Assembly: GCA_013373385.1 (NCBI GenBank)
Contig: JABXHX010000021.1
Coordinates: forward strand, 9,499 to 73,498
DNA: 64,000 nucleotides
Reading direction: 5' to 3'
Source: Flavobacteriaceae bacterium
GTDB taxonomy: Bacteria; Bacteroidota; Bacteroidia; Flavobacteriales; Flavobacteriaceae
The position numbers were made by a program, and so were the translations under genes. Of the stretch, positions 31,546-39,263 are shown piece after piece. How positions within the stretch are numbered: the first letter of the stretch is position 1; every line of letters starts with the position of its first letter. The notes beneath the pieces are model-generated. The model was not told the origin of the DNA and did not search any database. It saw only the letters and a program-made list of their open reading frames with translations.

Positions 31546-34500
31546 TTACTTCTTTTTAGATGATGGTTTAGTGATGATATTTTTGAGTGCTTGATTTTTA
31601 TATTCAGCATCTTTTCCTTGCAAGAGAATACGATTTGACTTAACACGATAGCCTCTTATTCGTTTTGTATTAATTTGTTGTGGTTCTTCAAGTGAATCCA
31701 AAAAAGTGTTTAACTCGCTTGGATCAAAAAATCGCAATATTTTACCATCTTCTTTACTAATATATTCTTGTATTCGGTTTTTAATGTTTGTTAAATGTGT
31801 TCTGCCATCACATACACTACAAATGTATTCAAAGCCATGTGATATACATTTAAGAAGATTCTGTACTTCATAGTCGATACTATTGGTAACTGAAACTTCA
31901 AAGGCAATACGTCGCGTATCTTTTTCGATAACAACATCTATACGTTTTCCATCATCAAGCTGTTTTTCAATAATGGTTCTATATCCTCTTTGTGAAGCCA
32001 AAACCTTAATATAATTCTGCAACGTTCTATGCTTTCGTTCTTGTTCTTTGGCTTCAGCTTTTTCAAGAATAGTTTGTTTTTGTTCTTCAAACGAACGTTG
32101 AAGTATTGGTTTAGGAATAATTACAAGAGGAATTTCTTTTTCGGGTTCTTTGTGTACTTGTTCTGTTTGAGTGAAGTTTGCAGGGCTTGTTTGGGGTAAT
32201 AATGTATGTAATATCTGTTCAACTTTTGCTCTTGATTGAGTATACTTATTCCTACTTTGCTGGATAACATATTCTTTAAGATATGATGAATATTTGGTGT
32301 CTATTTCAGATAAGGGAAATGTATCACAATTAAAATCTTTATTTGCACCTCCAAAACGTATAATGGTTTGACCTGTTTGAAGACTTAATAAATCGCTATC
32401 ACTAAACGAAGAAAAACCACTATCAAGCTTACGTGCATCAATATCGCCTAACCTAAAACAAATACGGATATATGGATTAGCTATTACAGAGTTAAGTGTT
32501 TTAACATCTTCAATTTGTGATAGTTCTTGATGGGCAAGGGTAAGTCCAATACCATATTTTCTTGCTCCTGAGAGAATTTTACTAATTGATGGTGTAATAA
32601 AATTATGAAATTCATCACAGTAAATATAATACGGGTGGCGTTCATTTTTAACTAAGTTTTGTCTACTTTGGGCTACTTGATTAAACTTTGAAAGAAAGAG
32701 GGAACCTAATAGGTAACTGTTATCTTCTCCTATTAAACCTTGTGACAACTTGATAAGTACTATTTTCTTTTTATCAATACACTCTCTGAAATCTATTCCA
32801 TTTTTTTGAGCCAACATATAGCGGACAATTTTAGGACGGAGAAAGGTGTCAATTCGTGTAAGTAAGGGTGCAATTCTCTTTTTTAAGTAACTGTATTCAT
32901 TATTCCAATAGTAGTGTATTGACGGGTCATCAACGTTTTGTAAAAATTCTTTTCTGAATTTGTCTTCTAAAAGAAAGCGCTTTAACTCAATTAAAGTTCC
33001 ACCCCTATCACTTTCTAAAAAAGTGGTTACCGCTTGAGATAACACTGATGACATGGTATCACCCCAAGAGGTAGCATATCTTTTAAATGCTGAAACCATA
33101 TCAGAAGAAAGTACAATTTTTTCTGCATCAGTATGAGCGTGTAGCATGTTGAAGCCAGTAGGGAAATCAATGTCATAGGGGTTAATGAGGATGACATCAT
33201 TTTTACGATGTTCTGGAATACGAAGCAGCACATCTTCAACAATATCACCATGTGGATCAAATAAGGCACAGCCATTTCCAGCTTTCATGTCTTCAAGCAT
33301 CATATTTGCCATTAGCGTACTTTTTCCCGTACCTGTTGCTCCTATAATATGTGTATGACGAAGTCTCATTTCATCATTGAGCATAACCTTGGTAGCTACT
33401 CCATTATGTTTATTTGTTCCAATTAGATATTTTTGATGAATTGTTTCTTTTGGAACTTGTTTTGTTTTACCGCCTTGTAGTCCTATTTTTTTAGAAACAA
33501 TTGTTCTATTCGGATAGTGAAGAAAGGTGTTAAGCTCCTTACTATTGAGAACAAATCCTAATCGATTGCTCAAACGATGATGTAAGTTGTAGTAGTGAAA
33601 ATCGTAATTGTAGCCCTCATTCGATAGTGGTATCAGCTTGTTATGTGCTGAACGTGAAATCGTTGAAATACTACGACTCAGTTCTTGAGCTAGGTACTGA
33701 CTGCGAATATTACTATTACCCTGTGTAGCAATTCGCATCACAACAGAGAACAACGGACTTGATATTTTTTCCTTAGCACAGTGTGGCATCTCCGGAGCAT
33801 CAGAGAAAAATGAACCTCCTACTCCATCTGAAACAGCATAACTAATGTCGTTTGCAAGTGGGGAAGTAATACCTTTAAACAAGATTTGAAATACAACAAT
33901 ATCATCATTGTCTAATGATTCCATAACTGCTATTACAGATGTTAGAGGGTCAAGAACAAATGAATCTGCTGTTGATATACATCTTATATGTTCATCATTG
34001 AGAGCAAAATCAGCAATGGCAAGATCATGTTGTAAATCAAAACCAAAACTATCAATCTCAATATCACGGATAACAGCAAGAGGGAAGTAAGCCTTAAGCT
34101 GTGATTGTACTCGACCCATGTCTTGTTCACTGCAAACTATTTGAATGCTAATACTTTTATCTTTTCCTATTATTTCAAAAGAAAGTACTTGCTCAGTATA
34201 TGACAGCATATTTAAGAATTCTATATTCCTGCTCGGAAGTATCTCAGTTTCCTTTGGAAAAGAAAGTGAAATGCCTACAAGTTTTGGCTTATCCTCAAAG
34301 GCTAAAAATTTAGGTTTAATATGATCAATTTCTTGAGTAGGTTTTTCTACTTCTTTTGATGAGCTAAGAAAATTCGTAATTTGTTTAACAAACGTTGGTA
34401 CACGACCATCATCAATGCTTAGGGTACTTGATGGAAGTGAAATATAGCGAAAAGGCACATAAGGGACTTCTATATCAACAGGAGTATCAAAGTGGTAATA

Positions 34501-34569
34501 CCCACGATATTGATACTCCCATAGATAGAAATGTAGGGTTGATTTTTCACTAGCGCTTAAAGACATCAC
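31546..34569 (-). CDS. VirD4/TraD-like coupling ATPase with a C-terminal PD-(D/E)XK-like domain
   Basis: HTHIIGATGTGKS Walker A, LFDPHGD, YIYCDEFHNF Walker B, SGARKYG, AHQ; C-terminal RIDVVIE...IAFEVS. Confidence 0.85.
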   Translation of the reverse strand: MMSLSASEKSTLHFYLWEYQYRGYYHFDTPVDIEVPYVPFRYISLPSSTLSIDDGRVPTFVKQITNFLSSSKEVEKPTQEIDHIKPKFLAFEDKPKLVGISLSFPKETEILPSRNIEFLNMLSYTEQVLSFEIIGKDKSISIQIVCSEQDMGRVQSQLKAYFPLAVIRDIEIDSFGFDLQHDLAIADFALNDEHIRCISTADSFVLDPLTSVIAVMESLDNDDIVVFQILFKGITSPLANDISYAVSDGVGGSFFSDAPEMPHCAKEKISSPLFSVVMRIATQGNSNIRSQYLAQELSRSISTISRSAHNKLIPLSNEGYNYDFHYYNLHHRLSNRLGFVLNSKELNTFLHYPNRTIVSKKIGLQGGKTKQVPKETIHQKYLIGTNKHNGVATKVMLNDEMRLRHTHIIGATGTGKSTLMANMMLEDMKAGNGCALFDPHGDIVEDVLLRIPEHRKNDVILINPYDIDFPTGFNMLHAHTDAEKIVLSSDMVSAFKRYATSWGDTMSSVLSQAVTTFLESDRGGTLIELKRFLLEDKFRKEFLQNVDDPSIHYYWNNEYSYLKKRIAPLLTRIDTFLRPKIVRYMLAQKNGIDFRECIDKKKIVLIKLSQGLIGEDNSYLLGSLFLSKFNQVAQSRQNLVKNERHPYYIYCDEFHNFITPSISKILSGARKYGIGLTLAHQELSQIEDVKTLNSVIANPYIRICFRLGDIDARKLDSGFSSFSDSDLLSLQTGQTIIRFGGANKDFNCDTFPLSEIDTKYSSYLKEYVIQQSRNKYTQSRAKVEQILHTLLPQTSPANFTQTEQVHKEPEKEIPLVIIPKPILQRSFEEQKQTILEKAEAKEQERKHRTLQNYIKVLASQRGYRTIIEKQLDDGKRIDVVIEKDTRRIAFEVSVTNSIDYEVQNLLKCISHGFEYICSVCDGRTHLTNIKNRIQEYISKEDGKILRFFDPSELNTFLDSLEEPQQINTKRIRGYRVKSNRILLQGKDAEYKNQALKNIITKPSSKKK

Positions 34570-35134
34570 TTAATAGAGGTTTGCACTCTGCTTCAGATAA
34601 CACTCGAACTCCTTGGTTGTTGCAAATGTCGTTTATAACCTTAAGAACTGATTGTTGTGCATACGACATAAACATAGACGCCGTATCAATACGATAGTAG
34701 GTTACCGGATACAACTTCTGTGCTAAAATTCCTCCTACAAAAGGTATTTTACTAACAACGATTTTCCAGAAAGAGTTTTTGTAGAATAACCACCATGAGA
34801 TAAAAAAGCCATTTCCAAACTTACAAGCACAAATATCATACTGATAGCCCTTCCACGTAACACGTAGATAGATACGTAAATGTGACATGATACCTCCTTC
34901 GCTAAGATTCTTTTCCCGTATCTTAATATTCTTAATACCGTGAGATTCAAGTTCTAATTTCAACCGTTTATAAAACTCTTTTGAAGAATAATTAAAGTTA
35001 TCAATCAGTGTATTCCAGTTAGAATGGTACTCCTTTAAAGGTTCGTTAAAAAGGTGTTTAAGGATAAGGAATGTAATAATTCCGTAAACTAGGTACATAC
35101 CGTACTCAAAAAAGTAATAGATAAATTCGTTCAT
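34550..35134 (-). CDS. Hypothetical membrane protein coupled to the ATPase gene
   Basis: 194-aa ORF with an N-terminal hydrophobic helix; overlaps the ATPase start by 20 nt. Confidence 0.7.
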   Translation of the reverse strand: MNEFIYYFFEYGMYLVYGIITFLILKHLFNEPLKEYHSNWNTLIDNFNYSSKEFYKRLKLELESHGIKNIKIREKNLSEGGIMSHLRIYLRVTWKGYQYDICACKFGNGFFISWWLFYKNSFWKIVVSKIPFVGGILAQKLYPVTYYRIDTASMFMSYAQQSVLKVINDICNNQGVRVLSEAECKPLLSDVFKR

Positions 35135-35282
35135 AATATGTGTTTTTAGTTAATACTATGAGCTAAAGTAGTTGTGAAAAGAGTCTTTGTATATATGAAA
35201 TTGAGATGTGGTAATATCTGTGGGATATGTAGCTTATGTAATGTGCTGAAATCAAAAAACCGCCCAAACAAGGACAATTCTG

Positions 35283-35678
35283 TTACAGTACTAATTGATC
35301 AAATCTGGTTTTTACTTCTTGTCTATAGTGACGTGACACCTTAAATCGATACTCTCCACTCCAAAGGTATATCCATTCGTATCTTCTATCAATTTTGGAT
35401 ATGTTCACAATGGTATCCTTAGCAATAAATATAAAATTATCATTTATGCTGACTACATCTTTTAATGATAACCTTTTATAGTATTCAACTCCTCCAACGG
35501 CAATAAACTTAAGGTAATTCTTCTTTATATTAAAACTTGTAGCAAAGAGTATGTTATGAAATTGAATTTTAAATTCTTTGGCAATCATTTTCCCACTCTG
35601 TCTGTCAATCAAACTAACATTTTGAGTTGGTTGTTTATATAGCCAACATTCATTTTTATTCAATTCTACCGTTAACAT
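35283..35678 (-). CDS. Stand-alone LytTR-like DNA-binding protein
   Basis: FHNILFATS..NYLKF..YYKRLSLKDV..NFIFIAKDTIVNISKI..FKVSRHY follows the LytTR pattern; no receiver domain. Confidence 0.55.
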   Translation of the reverse strand: MLTVELNKNECWLYKQPTQNVSLIDRQSGKMIAKEFKIQFHNILFATSFNIKKNYLKFIAVGGVEYYKRLSLKDVVSINDNFIFIAKDTIVNISKIDRRYEWIYLWSGEYRFKVSRHYRQEVKTRFDQLVL

Positions 35679-35739
35679 TTATTTTATTAGTAACATAATA
35701 GAAATTTTAAAACTTCCTAACTGTTACCTCCGAGTTTTT

Positions 35740-36723
35740 CTAAAGAATACCTCTATTAACCATTTCCCAGTATGATTTTCCCTGAGGTGTTAATTCACAT
35801 CCTTTTTCATATATAGCTGCCCAATACATGTCTTTTTTCCCTTCGGGCAATTCTTTCTTTATAGGGATAACGAGGTTAACACGATTGTAAAGTTTAAGGA
35901 TAGTAAATTTTTCAACATTCTTAGTAATTGCTGTTTTTTCAGTATGCTCAAATGTCCTATTTAATTTAAACTTATAATCTGGGTGTTTAAATAGTATTGT
36001 AATTTGCCTAAGCTCATCTGGAATAATTTGAGATTTAATTTTTCTAAGTGAAATATATCTTCTAACGTTAGTTATAAAAATAGGACGTTGCGCTTTTTCT
36101 CCCATAGCCTTATCAATATATCCATAAACATTACCAGGAGTTATTTCTCCTATAATACTTGCAGCACCACCTTCAAGAGCATGACAAAATAGTTTAGTAA
36201 AGATTCCTTCGCCATCAATTTCTGTAGAATATTGATTAGCTGCTGAGGCAGCAAGAATAGTTACTCCTTCTTTAATTCTTACTAAATCACTACTAATAAA
36301 ATCTTTTGCAAAACTTCCTGAATGACAACAATCAAAAATTATAATCTTATTCCGAGCAGGTGAATTATTAACCTCTTGTAAAATGTCATTCATTGATAAA
36401 CCATGATATCCTTTTTCATTTTCAGTGGTTACTAAATACCCCTGTCCTTTTCGAATAGCTCCATGTCCAGCAAAATAAAATAAAGAAGTTTCTCTTTCAT
36501 CTCTAAATAATTCTTCAATCTTTTTCCTTAAAAAGTCTGTCGTAATAATATTCTTTTCTCCTGAAATTATTGTTTCTGTGTGAAAGTTTTTTTCTTTTCC
36601 ATTAATTCCTTCATTATAAGATAATACTTTTTCAATCTTATTAGCATCATTAATGCATCCAAATAATGATGTTTTGTGGTCATAGTGATTGATTCCTACA
36701 ATTAAAGCTTTTCTCCCACCCAT
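35740..36723 (-). CDS. Caspase-like protease (peptidase C14), type IV Thoeris-like effector
   Basis: RKALIVGINHY, L.GCINDA, FYFAGHG (His) and FDCCHSG (Cys) dyad, GIFTKLFCHALEGGAA; extra C-terminal domain of about 90 aa. Confidence 0.92.
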   Translation of the reverse strand: MGGRKALIVGINHYDHKTSLFGCINDANKIEKVLSYNEGINGKEKNFHTETIISGEKNIITTDFLRKKIEELFRDERETSLFYFAGHGAIRKGQGYLVTTENEKGYHGLSMNDILQEVNNSPARNKIIIFDCCHSGSFAKDFISSDLVRIKEGVTILAASAANQYSTEIDGEGIFTKLFCHALEGGAASIIGEITPGNVYGYIDKAMGEKAQRPIFITNVRRYISLRKIKSQIIPDELRQITILFKHPDYKFKLNRTFEHTEKTAITKNVEKFTILKLYNRVNLVIPIKKELPEGKKDMYWAAIYEKGCELTPQGKSYWEMVNRGIL

Positions 36724-36725
36724 TA

Positions 36726-37127
36726 TTATACTACTTTTTTTATTGCTTCAACTATTGATTTTCCTTGCCATTTAACAATTTCATCGGCATTGTTTTTAAC
36801 TAGTATAGATGTTTTTTCAGCACCCCAAGGTTCAATTGCTATTATAGGTTTCCCTTGCTCAATAGCTATATTTATTTCTTTTTGTATCCACTTACTATAG
36901 TTAGCATATACACCTGCTAAAATTAGAATGCAATGTGTTCCTTTTATTTTATTTTCAATAGCAACTTTAAGTTGTTTGTCTGTTCCATTTGTATGTACTG
37001 GATCATTTTTAGGAACAGAATAGTCATAAAATAATAAGTTTTGGTCTTTTAATAATTTGGTAATTTTATCGTAGGCATCTCCATAAGCCCATGAATGACT
37101 GATAAACAATCGATATATCTTTGGCAT
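36726..37127 (-). CDS. TIR-domain protein, Thoeris ThsB/MTH538-like
   Basis: RLFISHSW, DYSVP, SKWIQKEI (catalytic Glu), GKPIIAI, ADEIVKW. Confidence 0.9.
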   Translation of the reverse strand: MPKIYRLFISHSWAYGDAYDKITKLLKDQNLLFYDYSVPKNDPVHTNGTDKQLKVAIENKIKGTHCILILAGVYANYSKWIQKEINIAIEQGKPIIAIEPWGAEKTSILVKNNADEIVKWQGKSIVEAIKKVV

Positions 37128-37140
37128 AATATTTTTGTTA

Positions 37141-37707
37141 TTAGTGAATTGTAGGGCTTTGACCTCTTAACCAATCACTCAATTGAACATATTTATTTAC
37201 ACTTTCATTAATCCAAAGAACTTTTTTATGCGGTATCATTTTAGTTCCTTCTTTAGTTATGTATGGGTATACTGACAAAAATTCTTGTCCTTTAAAACTT
37301 GACGATTCATAATCAGTAATAGGAAGGATTGAGCATCTACTCTCTTTACCATCAACAAAACCCAATTCCCAAGGCATCCATTTTGAATTGGAAGCATTTT
37401 CAGAAGTGGCATAGACAAGAGACTTTGATTGCCTCATTCTATTCCTTATATGATCTACGGTTCTTTTGGTTACACTACTTCTACTAAGATGTGGATCTAT
37501 AATCCAATCCACGTAAACTGTAAATCCTAAATCTGATAATTCTAAAAACAACCCTTCGATAAATTGTTTATCTTTATAGCTATGTGATAAAAAAATATCA
37601 AATTGAGTCAATTTTTTACTTTCATTTAGTACACTACTAAATGTTCTTTTTCCCTTTAATCCACTACTTGATAGATTTCTTAGATAATCCTTTGTATAAA
37701 ATCCCAT
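37141..37707 (-). CDS. TIR-domain protein (second, TIR_2-like)
   Basis: FDIFLSHSYKD, VYVDW, SKWMPWELG (catalytic Glu), ILPI. Confidence 0.88.
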   Translation of the reverse strand: MGFYTKDYLRNLSSSGLKGKRTFSSVLNESKKLTQFDIFLSHSYKDKQFIEGLFLELSDLGFTVYVDWIIDPHLSRSSVTKRTVDHIRNRMRQSKSLVYATSENASNSKWMPWELGFVDGKESRCSILPITDYESSSFKGQEFLSVYPYITKEGTKMIPHKKVLWINESVNKYVQLSDWLRGQSPTIH

Positions 37708-37710
37708 TTT

Positions 37711-38517
37711 TTATTTATTGTTTATTAATTCTTTAATATTTACTCTCCTTGCTATCAATTTTGATTGACTATTACCAGATAACATACCTCTTGCATTTTT
37801 GTTTGAAGGAGAAGGAGCTTCAAAAACCTTTTTTTCAAATTCTATTAAGTCTATAAAAACTGTCACATTATCCGACCAATCATGTATCAGAACATTTCCG
37901 CTAGATTTAGACACCCTTAGACTAGAACTAGCTGAAATATTTACTGAACGAGATTTGATACCTGTAAGATCAGTTTTTAATAAAATTTCTGATGATTTTG
38001 ATTTTGATTGAGCCATGAAGGCTTTTTTTGCTACTGTAACAGAGGTGACAAGATATGTGTCATCCCAAACCAATTGCTTTCCTTTAGAGTTAATCTCTTT
38101 TTCTAAAAAAAGAAGATCATCCAATTCGCGTTTATCACAATCAATAGCTAAAAGAAATATAGCTCCTTCAGAAAAAAATTGGATATGTAAATCTTTTTCA
38201 ACCTTAGGAAGTGATTTTTTTCCAAGATTAGCACCGCCTTTCAGTCCAAATTGAATATTAACTTCATCCTTACTTGAAAACCTATATGTGTCAGGTGTTC
38301 CTGAAAATTCTGGTATATTAAAATCCACTCCTAACTTTTCAAGAGAGGTTATCTTTTTAAAACTTCCATATGGAAGTTTCTTACCAAAAAGAGGTCTTCT
38401 GGCATTGGGAAATTTAATAATATCTCCAACTTCAATTTTTTCGCCCGGTAGGTATACTGCTATTTTACCTAGCTCTTCAGCAATTTTTTTAGAATATTGT
38501 ATTTGTAAATCTGACAT
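37711..38517 (-). CDS. Gasdermin-like pore-forming protein (putative)
   Basis: 268 aa from MSDLQ. AVYLPGEKIEVGDII, F..ITSL..LGVDF, YLVTSVTVAKK and VTVFIDLIEF echo gasdermin strand motifs, with Ser/Gly-rich amphipathic stretches and a short C-terminal tail. First gene of an operon with a caspase. Confidence 0.65.
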   Translation of the reverse strand: MSDLQIQYSKKIAEELGKIAVYLPGEKIEVGDIIKFPNARRPLFGKKLPYGSFKKITSLEKLGVDFNIPEFSGTPDTYRFSSKDEVNIQFGLKGGANLGKKSLPKVEKDLHIQFFSEGAIFLLAIDCDKRELDDLLFLEKEINSKGKQLVWDDTYLVTSVTVAKKAFMAQSKSKSSEILLKTDLTGIKSRSVNISASSSLRVSKSSGNVLIHDWSDNVTVFIDLIEFEKKVFEAPSPSNKNARGMLSGNSQSKLIARRVNIKELINNK

Positions 38518-38619
38518 AATAGAATCATTTTGATAAAACAAAATTGAATCTATTTATACTTTTATACTTCGTATTATATGATGATTTTTATGTAATCTAA
38601 TATGGGTAGTTATCTCTAA

Positions 38620-39252
38620 TTAAATCTGTATGTAACCGCTCTTTATAGCAAATTTTGTTAATTCAATAGAGTTTCTAACTCCAGTCTTGGCAATAAGGTT
38701 TCTTCTATGGGTGTTAACTGTAGCCTCAGAAACATACAATTTTTCAGCAATAATAGAAGCTTTATCACCGTTGGCTATAAGTTTTAAAACTTCTATTTCC
38801 TTTTTGGTAAGTTCAATTTCTCCTATAACATTTTTTGATCTCATACTATTCATAACAGTATTTTTAACATCTTCTCCAAAATACCCTTTATTATCATTCA
38901 GTGTGTTAATAGCAGTAATCAATTCTTCTTTTCCTTTGTTTTTTAGAATATACCCATTTACTCCAGCCTCCATCATTTTACGAATAAAACCTATTTCATC
39001 ATGCATCGTTAAAATAAGCACCTTCGTCTTTGGGAATTTTTCTTTTATAATCTTTGTTAAGTCTAGACCATCAATTTCTGGCATTTCAATATCAAGTACT
39101 GCAATATCTACTTCATTTTTTTCAAGTAATGAAAGAGCTTCTAGTCCATTTTCAGCAGTACCTACAATACAAATATTATCATTTTCGGTAACAAGAGAAG
39201 TTAATCCTTCAATGATTATTTTATGGTCGTCAGCAATTATAATTTTAGTCAT
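38620..39252 (-). CDS. NarL/LuxR family response regulator
   Basis: IIADDH, VLDIEMP, LTMH, YILK; LTKKEIEVLKLIANG...TVNTHRRNL helix-turn-helix. Confidence 0.95.
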   Translation of the reverse strand: MTKIIIADDHKIIIEGLTSLVTENDNICIVGTAENGLEALSLLEKNEVDIAVLDIEMPEIDGLDLTKIIKEKFPKTKVLILTMHDEIGFIRKMMEAGVNGYILKNKGKEELITAINTLNDNKGYFGEDVKNTVMNSMRSKNVIGEIELTKKEIEVLKLIANGDKASIIAEKLYVSEATVNTHRRNLIAKTGVRNSIELTKFAIKSGYIQI

Positions 39253-39263
39253 TGTTATATATT

